A stretch of DNA of 64,000 nt, taken from the sequence record SRR31156797_6344, one strand, 5' to 3'. The position numbers and the translations under genes are program-made. The notes beneath the pieces were generated by a model. The model made no database searches, had not been told where the DNA came from, and saw nothing but the letters and a program-made list of their open reading frames with translations. Shown in pieces: positions 37,945 to 47,758 of this stretch. Numbering within the stretch: the stretch's first letter is position 1; the number at the start of each line of letters is the position of its first letter.

Positions 37945-39000
37945 TTATCCCAAATATTTAGATAAATAAGGCCCAATCAATCGGCTTACCTTGATTGGTA
38001 ACTTTTGCCACAGCGCAATGAAGTATTGATATTTGGGATTATTGGGCGATAGGTTTGGCATCTCTGTACTCTTGACCAAAGCAATTCGGTAATGAAGTTG
38101 CTCTTCCTCCATTCCCCAATTTTTCTTGTAGTTGTAAGCGCCAGAGTTGCGTTTGCTGCGTCCAAAATCAAATTTTGTAACCCCTTTCTCTCTGGCTAGG
38201 CACATTAGCTGATAATACATGTAGTCATTACTTTTTAGAGAACGTGCTGTAAAGGTTCCGCCCCCGTAATAGGGAAGGACTTCATTTTTGTAATAGAAAC
38301 TTAAGACACTTGAAATAGGGGTGTTATCACTGTCTCGAATGATGAGTGTTTCACACTGGTCGCCAAAAACTTCCGCTAAAAGAACAAACAGCTTCTGACT
38401 AAAAACAGGCGTTCCTAAATTACGAACGCTTTCCGCATAGATATCATAGCAAAGCTGCGGGTTGGAACTGTTGTCCCACTGCAGATCATTTTTCAATGAG
38501 TGGCGTATAACAGCTCTCTGCTTTCTTTTCACCGAAGTTAGTATCGCCTCGGGGTCTTCTTCAATATCGCAAAAGAAAGTAGAGTGATGACAATGTTCAA
38601 TCCATGGTCCCTCACTTTCTTTATATTCTCTATCTCTTAATTGAACAAAATCGACATTTAACTGACAACCCAGTTGGTAGGCTGAGTCTTCGAGTTTTTT
38701 CTCGATGTACTCGCTGTCTGCAATTGCGCCACCGTAAACACAAAATGGAGTGGAGATGAGGGCATGTCCGAACAACCGACTTTTTTGCTCCACTAATGGT
38801 AATAAGCCAACGACTTTTTCATTCTGAGTAGCAATCAGATAATGATGTTTGTGATGAAACACTTTATCAATGACTTTTACCCAGCCTGAAAGATGGAAAA
38901 AACTGCCTTTAGGGTGCTGATGAACATATTCATCCCATTGTGGGAAGTCACTATAGGCTGCTTTTTTAATTTCTAGCTCTACTGCAATATTATTGTTCAT
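37945..39000 (-). CDS. FemAB-like XrtA/PEP-CTERM system protein
   Basis: ISTPFCVYGG, ESVRNLGTPVF, LPYYGGG, FDFGRSK, KKNWG. Confidence 0.9.
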   Translation of the reverse strand: MNNNIAVELEIKKAAYSDFPQWDEYVHQHPKGSFFHLSGWVKVIDKVFHHKHHYLIATQNEKVVGLLPLVEQKSRLFGHALISTPFCVYGGAIADSEYIEKKLEDSAYQLGCQLNVDFVQLRDREYKESEGPWIEHCHHSTFFCDIEEDPEAILTSVKRKQRAVIRHSLKNDLQWDNSSNPQLCYDIYAESVRNLGTPVFSQKLFVLLAEVFGDQCETLIIRDSDNTPISSVLSFYYKNEVLPYYGGGTFTARSLKSNDYMYYQLMCLAREKGVTKFDFGRSKRNSGAYNYKKNWGMEEEQLHYRIALVKSTEMPNLSPNNPKYQYFIALWQKLPIKVSRLIGPYLSKYLG

Positions 39001-39838
39001 TAAGATTATAAACCTTACTTATTGTGTCCCATTTAAAGTCGTTTAATAGTCGTTCTAGTCTGTTCTCCATACGGTGAAGATTCAGATAGTGGCGGAATTT
39101 CGATTTGAAAGGTACATCGACCAGCCTTGGTTGAGCATGGTCTATTTCCCAAGGGTGGAAGTAAAAACAATAGGGTTGTTTTGTTTGCTTTAAAAAGTTA
39201 TTTATCAGCATCTTACTAATTTGGTAAGGGTATAGCCTAAAGAAACCGCCTCCACCTATAGGAAGGTTCATCCCAATCGTTTTATTAGTAGGGATGGGGA
39301 TTTCAATAATGCCTTCAGGACGTTCATATTTATATCTGGGCCAATCTGGCGCACCATATAAATCGTGCTTAACAGGATAGGTGCTACTGCTATAAATAAA
39401 ACCAAGTTCAGCAAGTACTTTAAACGCCCACTCATTGCTTGGATCAATGGAGAAACTAGGTGCTCTATAACCTTTTACTGGTTTACCGCTGATATCTTCT
39501 AAAAATGCTTTGCTACGAAAAACATCTTCTCGGAAAACTTTAGGTGTCTGTGTATTTGCTCTTTGATGAGCGTATCCATGGCTCGCTAATTCGTGCCCCT
39601 GTTCAACGATTTTTTTTACTATTTGTGGACGAGCTTCTGCAACCCAACCTAAAACAAAAAAAGTTGCTTTAGTATTGTAGTTTGAGAATAGTTCAAGCAA
39701 ACGATCTGTATTATTCTCTACTCGGATTGGATATTTTGATTGGCCCCAGTCTGAAAATTTCACTTTATTAGCGAACGCTGATACTTGAAAGTAGTCTTCT
39801 ACATCTACCGTCATCGCGTTAAGACTTACCTTCTCCAT
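38990..39838 (-). CDS. XrtA-system polysaccharide deacetylase
   Basis: TVDVEDYFQVSAF, GHELASHG, GYRAPSFSI, YFHPWEID. Confidence 0.92.
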   Translation of the reverse strand: MEKVSLNAMTVDVEDYFQVSAFANKVKFSDWGQSKYPIRVENNTDRLLELFSNYNTKATFFVLGWVAEARPQIVKKIVEQGHELASHGYAHQRANTQTPKVFREDVFRSKAFLEDISGKPVKGYRAPSFSIDPSNEWAFKVLAELGFIYSSSTYPVKHDLYGAPDWPRYKYERPEGIIEIPIPTNKTIGMNLPIGGGGFFRLYPYQISKMLINNFLKQTKQPYCFYFHPWEIDHAQPRLVDVPFKSKFRHYLNLHRMENRLERLLNDFKWDTISKVYNLNEQ

Positions 39839-39879
39839 GGCCTACTTATCACCTTCACCTTAATTAGAACTAACTTAAA

Positions 39880-41289
39880 TTAACGACCTTTGCCGAACAA
39901 TATGATTTCTGCTGTTCTTAGCAAAATCAAAATATCAAACAGGAAGCCTCGATTTTTAATGTAATACAAGTCGTACTTTAATTTTTCAACGGCGTCTTTT
40001 TCATTACTACCGTATGGATACTTAAGTTGCGCCCAACCCGTTAGCCCTGGTTTAACGTTAAAACGATGGTTGTAATAAGGAATGTCGTTCTCAAAAACTT
40101 CTGTAAACTCTGGTCGCTCTGGTCGTGGCCCAACAAACTCCATGTCCCCTTTCACTACGTTAAACAGTTGGGGAAGCTCATCAATTCGGTATTTTCGAAT
40201 GAATGCGCCAACACGAGTCACTCTAGGATCTTTTTGCTGAGCCCACTTAGCACCATCTTTCTCGGCATCTATTCGCATACTTCTAAATTTATAGATACTA
40301 AAGATTTTTCCATCTAACCCTGTTCTTCGTTGTGAATACAAAACAGGGGCTTTGACACCTTCTTCAAGTTTAATAGCAACAACAGTCATTAACATGAAGG
40401 GCCAAGTGACGCTAAATATGCAAAGCGCAACGAACGCATTAAACATCCAATACAAAGTGTTGTAAAAAGAGTTCGAATATATGTTGTTAGCGCCGTATAT
40501 TATCCATGAAGGATATACATGGTTGACTGCAACTTGTCCGGTTTCTCTTTCAAAAAAATCAATAATATCAATGATTTTTACGCCACTTCTTCGGCACTTA
40601 AAGAGAGTTTCATTTGGTAAGACGTTTCTTCTTTCATCGCAAGCAATAACGACTTCATGGATATTGTTCGCAACAACAAAGGACTCTAATCCTTGTTCTA
40701 AAACGACTTTCTTATCGTCATCAATTGAACCATTAGCGTCACCTTTCATTTCAACGAAGCCGACAATATCTATACCAATTTTGTCTGTTTTTCGTCGCAT
40801 ATTTTGTTCTATTAAACTGGCTCTTCGTCCGGTTCCTAGAATTAAAATCCGCTTTAATCCAATATTTTGATATGGGGTTTTGCTTATGATAAATCTGACG
40901 CTCATTAAAACAACAAGTAATGATATCGCGTAATATTCTGGGAAGTGGTGGGGTAATTCGCTCACTAAAGCAACTTGGTACATTGATTTAACAAGTATGT
41001 ATGCCAAAGAAATAGCAACCAGAATTCGTATGTTAATGCCTGAAAAAGTAACGCGTAGTCTTCCGTTATACAGTCCTACAGACAAAAGAGTGAGCAAAGT
41101 TAAGAATAAGGTAATAAACAGGTGAACGTAAGAATAGTGCCAACTATCAGTAACTAGATTAGTGGAGTTAACATTGTTTATTAAAATCTCACAAATAAGA
41201 AATGTAGAGCAAATTGCAATAATATCAGCAATAACAATCACGCTGCTGCTGGGTTTGAATTCGCTATAATGTGATCCCTTCATATACAT
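39880..41289 (-). CDS. Initiating polyprenyl-phosphate sugar-1-phosphate transferase (start ATG 41289 or 41283 rather than 41406)
   Basis: KFRSM, DPRVTRVG, RIDELPQ, VGPRPERP, VKPGLTGWAQ, KLKYDLYY. Confidence 0.93.
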   Translation of the reverse strand: MYMKGSHYSEFKPSSSVIVIADIIAICSTFLICEILINNVNSTNLVTDSWHYSYVHLFITLFLTLLTLLSVGLYNGRLRVTFSGINIRILVAISLAYILVKSMYQVALVSELPHHFPEYYAISLLVVLMSVRFIISKTPYQNIGLKRILILGTGRRASLIEQNMRRKTDKIGIDIVGFVEMKGDANGSIDDDKKVVLEQGLESFVVANNIHEVVIACDERRNVLPNETLFKCRRSGVKIIDIIDFFERETGQVAVNHVYPSWIIYGANNIYSNSFYNTLYWMFNAFVALCIFSVTWPFMLMTVVAIKLEEGVKAPVLYSQRRTGLDGKIFSIYKFRSMRIDAEKDGAKWAQQKDPRVTRVGAFIRKYRIDELPQLFNVVKGDMEFVGPRPERPEFTEVFENDIPYYNHRFNVKPGLTGWAQLKYPYGSNEKDAVEKLKYDLYYIKNRGFLFDILILLRTAEIILFGKGR

Positions 41290-41967
41290 TATTCTCTTGT
41301 TAAATCCTAGACATGTCCAATATGTCACTATGCCGTGATTTAAAATATTCGTTATTTTTAAGATAGTTAAGAGATTGGTGTGCTCACTATAGGAACAAGA
41401 AAACACTGACTCAATGACTTAATCTACAACAATTATGTCCATCTTAAGTAAGTTTTTAAGATAATAACGACATAGTTTCAAAAATAAGAAAATTACAAAA
41501 TCATTCCTAAGATTAGCTATCTATTTTCTACGTATTAGAACAAAAGTCTTAAATAATGATTTATTCTAACTGAAAACATGACAACTAAATGAAATTTAAA
41601 TAAATTTCCTTTTATCGACATTTGATAGGCGGTTTATATCGCCTATCAGCATAACAGCGTAGCACTATAGTAAATTTGAACCAAGATCTCTTTTCACATT
41701 TTGTTATGATGTAAACAACTATCCTTTATGCGTTGTCCGGTAGGCAACCTTTGTTAATTTAAAATTAATTTTTATTAGAGTTGGTCGAATATTTGCATTT
41801 ACTGAAAAAGATTGTGCAGGTATTTTAATAACCATATAGAATATAAACACATAACTCATTTTTAGAGTGTGTCTTATACTAATTTAAATCTTATTTCTAA
41901 GAAAACTGAAAAGAATCTAGATAAAGTTAACACACGGAAGAACATTCCAATAACGGTGGATATTACC

Positions 41968-42615
41968 ATGAATAAAATTAGCGAGTTATTATGTTGGTTT
42001 TCACGGGGTGCGACTGTGAGCGTGCTAGCTCTAGTAACAGCATGTTCGAGCTCTCTGTCGGAGTTACCAACAGCCACTATTCATCCATCCCTCACTAAAG
42101 ATATCGATAATTACAGCTATCTCATTGGTTCTGGTGATTCTCTTAACGTTTTTGTTTGGGGTAACCCAGAAGTTTCAGGTAGTTATGTTGTAAGACCAGA
42201 CGGGAAAATCACAACATCATTGGTAGAGGATATACCTGCATCGGGAAGAACGCCTACTCAATTGGCTAGAGATATAGAAGAGAAGTTAGCGGTGTATTTA
42301 AAAGAACCGATTGTTTCTGTCATGGTGAACAACTTTAGTGGCCCATTTAGCGAACAAGTGCGTGTGTTGGGTGAAGCTTTGGATCCTAAAGCAATCAGTT
42401 ATGCTGAAAATATGACACTTCTTGATGTGATGATTCAAGTGGGAGGCTTAACTGAGTATGCTGATGGTAACAGTGCTAGTTTGGTCCGCATCGTTGATGG
42501 AAAGCAGCAACAGTATCGTTTAAAAATGGGAGATTTACTTACAGAAGGAGATATTAAGGCCAATGTGGACATTTTGCCTGGAGATATAATCATTATTCCT
42601 GAAGCATGGTATTAA
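41968..42615 (+). CDS. wza: Polysaccharide export lipoprotein (short Wza-like); start taken at ATG 41968
   Basis: GGTGGA RBS, lipobox LVTAC, YLIGSGD, VRPDGKIT, MTLLDVMIQVGGLT, PGDIIIIPE. Confidence 0.9.
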   Translation: MNKISELLCWFSRGATVSVLALVTACSSSLSELPTATIHPSLTKDIDNYSYLIGSGDSLNVFVWGNPEVSGSYVVRPDGKITTSLVEDIPASGRTPTQLARDIEEKLAVYLKEPIVSVMVNNFSGPFSEQVRVLGEALDPKAISYAENMTLLDVMIQVGGLTEYADGNSASLVRIVDGKQQQYRLKMGDLLTEGDIKANVDILPGDIIIIPEAWY

Positions 42616-42640
42616 CGTTTAACTAAGGATAGAAAGGTAT

Positions 42641-44209
42641 ATGCAGGAAATTTTTGAGCAGGTTATTGGCTATCTTCGTGGCGTTTGGTTAAAGCGACGT
42701 TATATCCTAATCGCAGTATGGATTCTTTGTCCGATTGGTTGGGTGATGGTTACTATGCTCCCAAGCCAATTCACATCTGAAGCACGAATTCACGCTGATA
42801 CTCGTTCGATTTTACAACCACTTTTACGAGGTTTAGCGATACAGACCGATCCAACGAGGGAGTTGGAATTGATGGTTAAAACATTACTTAGTCGAGGTAA
42901 TTTAGAAACGATCGCTAGAAACGTTGACGCAGATGTTAGAGCGAAAAATAGTCGTCAATATGAGCAAATCATAAATGACCTAGAATCCAATATTAAGATT
43001 CATTCTGCGGGACGGGAGAACTTGTATAGTATTAGTTACAGCGGCTCGGATCCCCTTTATGTAAAGAACGTAGTCCAAGCAGCTCTAAATGTTTTTGTAG
43101 AAAATGCTCTATCGGAACAGCGACTTGATACTGATAACGCCAGCAAAATCATCACCACGCAGATTGAAGATTATGAATCGAGACTTTTAGATGCGGAACA
43201 AAAGTTAGCGCAGTTTAAAAGAGAGTATTTTAACTTTATGCCTGGCTCTGGCAGTGGCTATCGTGGCCAACTGGAACAGAACAAAGGAGCATTGGAAACG
43301 GCTGAGTTTCAACTTAATGAAACAAGAACACGTTTAGACTCAGTTCGAAGCCAGATGCGCAAGGAAGAGCTGCAAGCGAAGAGTGATGTTTCTCGAATTC
43401 GAACCGAATATGACGATCGCATTGAAACATTGCAGCAGCGCTTGGATGACTTATTATTTCGTTATACGGAAAAGCACCCTGATGTAAAAGAAACTCGCCG
43501 TCAGTTAGAAGAGTTACAAGACTTGAAAGATGTCAAGTTAGCGGGCTTTACTTCCGAACAAACGCTTAAGAACAACCTTGTGTATCAGGACCTCAAACTC
43601 AATTACGGTCAGCTAGAGAATGAAGTGGCCTCGTTAAGTACTCGAGTAGAGCAGTTCAAAACCAGAATCGCTGAGTTGCAGGATAGTTTAGATAAAGTGC
43701 CTGATGTAGAAGCAAAGTTGACGGCGTTAACACGAAACTACAACATTACCAAAGAGAAATATGAGCAGTTGTTATCCCGAAAGGAAAGTGCTCTCATTTC
43801 AAAAAGTGTTGATAACTCTTCTGATGATATTAAGTTCCGTATTATCGATCCTCCAAGAGTTCCCGACAAACCGTCAGGCCCACCACGTGCGTTTTTGCTC
43901 GTTGCAGTACTAATTTTCTCGATGGGTGCTGGAGTGGGTGCTTCATTCTTATTTAGTCAGATATCACCAGTCATTTCTTCTAGCCGCGATTTGGTCCAAG
44001 CTTTAGAACTTCCCGTTTTAGGCGTGGTATCTGCTACAGAAGTATCTAGATTGATCCAATGGGAAAGAAGAAAAATGCGGATATTCATTTTTTCAAACGT
44101 TGTTTTGCTAGGTTTGTTTATTGCATTTTTAGCAATGAACATGATGCCACCAGTCCGTGAAGAGCTGGTTCAAAGTGTCAATATGATTTTACGCGACAGA
44201 TTTATTTAA
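42641..44209 (+). CDS. Polysaccharide chain-length determinant (co-polymerase, Wzc membrane module)
   Basis: Two TM helices flanking a coiled coil, YTEKHPDV, IIDPP..P.KPSGP. Confidence 0.9.
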   Translation: MQEIFEQVIGYLRGVWLKRRYILIAVWILCPIGWVMVTMLPSQFTSEARIHADTRSILQPLLRGLAIQTDPTRELELMVKTLLSRGNLETIARNVDADVRAKNSRQYEQIINDLESNIKIHSAGRENLYSISYSGSDPLYVKNVVQAALNVFVENALSEQRLDTDNASKIITTQIEDYESRLLDAEQKLAQFKREYFNFMPGSGSGYRGQLEQNKGALETAEFQLNETRTRLDSVRSQMRKEELQAKSDVSRIRTEYDDRIETLQQRLDDLLFRYTEKHPDVKETRRQLEELQDLKDVKLAGFTSEQTLKNNLVYQDLKLNYGQLENEVASLSTRVEQFKTRIAELQDSLDKVPDVEAKLTALTRNYNITKEKYEQLLSRKESALISKSVDNSSDDIKFRIIDPPRVPDKPSGPPRAFLLVAVLIFSMGAGVGASFLFSQISPVISSSRDLVQALELPVLGVVSATEVSRLIQWERRKMRIFIFSNVVLLGLFIAFLAMNMMPPVREELVQSVNMILRDRFI

Positions 44210-44222
44210 GGGTAACTTTATT

Positions 44223-45164
44223 GTGAGTACGATTGAAAAAGCAATGGAGAAACTGGGGCGGTCTACTGACACTTCTACTCCTAACAAAAAGGTTGAGCCC
44301 TTTGTAAAACCGGTTCAACAGGGCAAACAGCAGCAAACATTTGTCGCGGAAGATCGAAATGAAGATATAGCCGGTACAGAGCAAGTTCCTGACAAAAAGA
44401 ACAAAGTGCTTTCAATTGATGACACCCGACTTAGATCCTTAGGTATGATCAGTTCAAATGCAAGTATGCAAGAGCGTCTGATGAGGGATGAGTTTCGAGT
44501 TATTAAGCAGAAATTGTTGAAAAACGTGTTTGGTGCAAATCAGCGTTCAACTTCTGGATTAAACAATCTAGTGATGGTTTCCAGTGCAAATTCGAACGAA
44601 GGTAAAACATTTATTTCAATCAACTTGGCGTTAAGTATTGCGTCTGAGCAAGATAAAACCGTGTTGTTAATTGATGCGGATGTTTTAGATCCGAGTGTCG
44701 ATGAAGTTCTTGAATTAGGTGAGCAGTCAGGATTGATTGATTATTTGACAGGAGAAATAACTGACGTCAGTGAGATTATTTACCCAACGACAGTTCCTGA
44801 TCTGCGTATCATGCCTGCGGGGCAAGCGCACCATATGAGCTATGAGTTGCTGTCTAGTGATCGAATGCTGTCGTTAATGCAAGAGTTAGCAAGTCGATAT
44901 CCAGATCGGATAGTCGTGCTAGATTGTCCACCTTTGTTGGGAGTCGTTGAGACAGTCACACTTTCGAACCTAATTGGCCAAGCTGTTGTTGTGGTCGAAC
45001 AGAACAGAACAAAAATTTCGGATTTGAAACAGGCAGTTTCCTTATTAAACAGTGATATGAATATTGGATTTATAATCAATAAGTCTGTAAATAAAAACAG
45101 CTATGGTTACGGCTACGGCTACGGCTACGGATATGGCAATGATTCTAAGGACAAAAAGAAATAG
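44223..45164 (+). CDS. Bacterial tyrosine autokinase (BY-kinase)
   Basis: EGKT Walker A, LLIDAD, VLDCPP, C-terminal YGYGYGYGYGY tyrosine cluster. Confidence 0.92.
   Translation: MSTIEKAMEKLGRSTDTSTPNKKVEPFVKPVQQGKQQQTFVAEDRNEDIAGTEQVPDKKNKVLSIDDTRLRSLGMISSNASMQERLMRDEFRVIKQKLLKNVFGANQRSTSGLNNLVMVSSANSNEGKTFISINLALSIASEQDKTVLLIDADVLDPSVDEVLELGEQSGLIDYLTGEITDVSEIIYPTTVPDLRIMPAGQAHHMSYELLSSDRMLSLMQELASRYPDRIVVLDCPPLLGVVETVTLSNLIGQAVVVVEQNRTKISDLKQAVSLLNSDMNIGFIINKSVNKNSYGYGYGYGYGYGNDSKDKKK
45102..45137 (+). repeat. Imperfect hexamer repeat (TAY GGN)6 encoding the tyrosine cluster
   Basis: TATGGT TACGGC TACGGC TACGGC TACGGA TATGGC. Confidence 0.9.
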
Positions 45165-46593
45165 AAATTATCTACTAGGATGTCTGCTGTGGTGTAATTT
45201 TGGGTTTGCTGCTGACATAACGGTTACTCCTAGTGTTGAGGGTGGCATTACCTACACTGATAATATGGATCTTTCAGCTTCCGATGAACAAAGCTCGGAG
45301 ATTACTTCGTTAATCGCTGGGGTAAAGCTGGAATCTAAAGGAAATGATGGTAATACCTCGTTAGATTATTCTATTGAACAACTTTATTACTCAAGAGACT
45401 CGTCTAAGAACGAGTTGTTTCAAGAGCTGAGTTTAGATGCGGATAAAGGCTTATTGTTTCAAAATCGTTTTCGTGGAGACGTATCTGCATCGATCACTAA
45501 TATCGCATCAGATATCACCAACAATGCCAGTAATGACGTGAGCCGTGGTGGCACGATAGAAAATAAGAACGCAAGTGTTGGTTTTTCCTATCAAACCAAT
45601 CCCGATGGTATGGTTGATTTAGATGCGAGGGTTCAAGGTTCGGTAGATGATTATGAAGACAGTGTTGGTAACAACAGCAGTTACAGCAGTCAACTTTATT
45701 TTACTCAGGGGCGGGCGGTTAAGCGCTATTTCTGGACAACCAACTACACCTATGAGAAAACCTTAGGCCGAGAGAGTGCTGGCGATACCTCTTCTCTCAC
45801 TTTGGATCAAGAACTTGGTATACAGTCAGTTCATAATTTAAGTCCATATGTACACCTTTATTACGAAGATTATTCAGGGCAGTCTAGCGATGATAGTGCA
45901 GACTCTTCTAGCTGGGGACCTGGTGTAAAATATTATTTAGATAGAAACTCTTACATCAGCCTTGGATATGATTTTGCACTCGACGATGAAAGCTCTGATC
46001 ATTGGCGAGGTTCCGTCGTATTGATACCTACAGACAGAACACGCTTGCAGTTTGACTACACGCAACGTTTCTTTGGTGATGCGTATGAGTTCTCATTGTC
46101 CCACCGTAATCGTCGCTGGAACAACGAGATTAGCTATACCGAAGAAGTGACAAACTATGAGAGAGATCTGTTTGTTGCGGGTAATCGAATTGAAGACTTA
46201 AGTCTTTCCAAGCAGTTAACTTGGAATTCGAGCTTAGAACTACGCCGGACAACGTTTAGTTTGGATATTAGCGCTGACAACCAGCAAGCTCTTCGTACTT
46301 TGTCCTCTGATACAGAGACAGACATATACAGTATCGAGATATCAGTAAGCCACAATCTTTCGCGAAAAACGACCGTCACGCCAAGTTTTATGTTTGAGAA
46401 CTACGATTTTCAGCGTGCGGGGACCACATACCAAAAAGATTACTATCGCGACCTTGCTTTTGAACTTGAACACGATTTTACCGATCAGTTTTCCGCTAGT
46501 ATGGAGTTGTCCTATAGAGAAAGGTCATCGACAAATTTCGCCAGTGAGTATCAAGAAAATAGAATTTACGTGAACGTAAGGAAAGAGTTTTAA
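45133..46593 (+). CDS. PEP-CTERM system outer-membrane beta-barrel protein (start probably ATG 45133)
   Basis: Signal peptide, TYTDN, alternating beta-strand pattern, QRFFG, YQENR and C-terminal Phe. Confidence 0.85.
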   Translation: MAMILRTKRNRNYLLGCLLWCNFGFAADITVTPSVEGGITYTDNMDLSASDEQSSEITSLIAGVKLESKGNDGNTSLDYSIEQLYYSRDSSKNELFQELSLDADKGLLFQNRFRGDVSASITNIASDITNNASNDVSRGGTIENKNASVGFSYQTNPDGMVDLDARVQGSVDDYEDSVGNNSSYSSQLYFTQGRAVKRYFWTTNYTYEKTLGRESAGDTSSLTLDQELGIQSVHNLSPYVHLYYEDYSGQSSDDSADSSSWGPGVKYYLDRNSYISLGYDFALDDESSDHWRGSVVLIPTDRTRLQFDYTQRFFGDAYEFSLSHRNRRWNNEISYTEEVTNYERDLFVAGNRIEDLSLSKQLTWNSSLELRRTTFSLDISADNQQALRTLSSDTETDIYSIEISVSHNLSRKTTVTPSFMFENYDFQRAGTTYQKDYYRDLAFELEHDFTDQFSASMELSYRERSSTNFASEYQENRIYVNVRKEF

Positions 46594-46595
46594 GT

Positions 46596-47675
46596 ATGTA
46601 TGAATCTTATTTTGGACTGTCAGACAAACCGTTTAAGTTAAGCCCTGATCCTCAGTTCTTTTTTGAAAGTGCTCATCATTCAAAAGCTATTTCATACTTG
46701 CGTTATGGATTAGAGTTGGGAGAGGGCTTTATTGTCGTTACAGGTCCTATTGGAACGGGAAAAACCACAATAGCACGTAGTCTAATTGTCTCGTTGGATG
46801 AGTCAATTGCCGCTGCTCAAATCGCGACGACTCGGCTTAATCCGGAGCAGCTAGTGACGATGGTCGCGGCCAATTTTGGCCTTCAGGTTGAAGGGTTAAA
46901 TAAGGCTGACATACTTCGGAGATTAGAGACATTTTTCTTCACACTGTACCAACAAGGGAAACGTGCTCTGCTGATCATTGATGAGGCACAGAACTTGTCG
47001 GCTGAAACCATCGAAGAACTCAGAATGTTATCGAATTTTCAGGCGGATGGCAGGCCGTTGATTCAGAGTTTCTTGCTAGGACAGGAAGAACTTAAACCGA
47101 TCATTGAGCTTCCTGAAATGGAGCAGTTCAGACAAAGAATTATAGCGTCGTGTCACCTGAAACCGTTCACCGTAGAAGAGACGAAAAATTATATTCTCCA
47201 TCGACTTCACAAGGTGGGATGGAATGACAACCCAGGAATCAGTTCGGATATTTTTGAGTTGGTAACGACGTATACTGGCGGCATTCCTAGGAAAATAAAT
47301 ATATTTATGGATCGTCTGTTTCTTTATGTGTTTATGGAAGGGATCAGTACGATTACCCTTGAGCAGATAAAAAGCATTATTGAAGAGTTGGGTGAAGAGC
47401 TATCGGGCGGGTTAAAAGCCAGACGAGTGGAGCCTACGGCATTTTCGCCACTAGGGATCAAAGCTCAGGAAAATGAAGTGCTGGTCGAGGAATCGCTTGT
47501 TGACCCTGATAAAACTCATCGTACTTTAATGGACGTAATGAAAATTTTAGATGATGAGATTTATCGTAAAACAATGACGCTTAAGAACTTAGACAAAATG
47601 ATTGTTAAAAAGAGAAAAGAACTTTCTCGTTCATCAGAGTCGTCTTTTTCAGACAGTCTTTATCACAAAAAGTGA
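46596..47675 (+). CDS. ExeA-like AAA ATPase, XrtA/PEP-CTERM-associated
   Basis: MYESYFGL..KPF.LSPDP, GPIGTGKT, IIDEAQNL, EELRMLSN, LGQEEL, GIPRKIN. Confidence 0.92.
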   Translation: MYESYFGLSDKPFKLSPDPQFFFESAHHSKAISYLRYGLELGEGFIVVTGPIGTGKTTIARSLIVSLDESIAAAQIATTRLNPEQLVTMVAANFGLQVEGLNKADILRRLETFFFTLYQQGKRALLIIDEAQNLSAETIEELRMLSNFQADGRPLIQSFLLGQEELKPIIELPEMEQFRQRIIASCHLKPFTVEETKNYILHRLHKVGWNDNPGISSDIFELVTTYTGGIPRKINIFMDRLFLYVFMEGISTITLEQIKSIIEELGEELSGGLKARRVEPTAFSPLGIKAQENEVLVEESLVDPDKTHRTLMDVMKILDDEIYRKTMTLKNLDKMIVKKRKELSRSSESSFSDSLYHKK

Positions 47676-47758
47676 TGATATAAAGCCATTAGCTTCAGGA
47701 TTAAGCCTAAGTGGTATTAGCGAAAAGAAGTGTTAAAGCGCTAATGGAGAGGTAGTTA

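Noticed and set aside
41290-41406. N-terminal extension of the sugar transferase to 41406 (likewise extensions at 41869, 37976, 45103, 61360 and 63086)
   Set aside because: Downstream ATGs have better RBSs or match family N-termini.
41735-41748. Possible ops/JUMPstart element (ccggtagg)
   Set aside because: Does not match GGCGGTAG well enough and no flanking JUMPstart sequence is visible.
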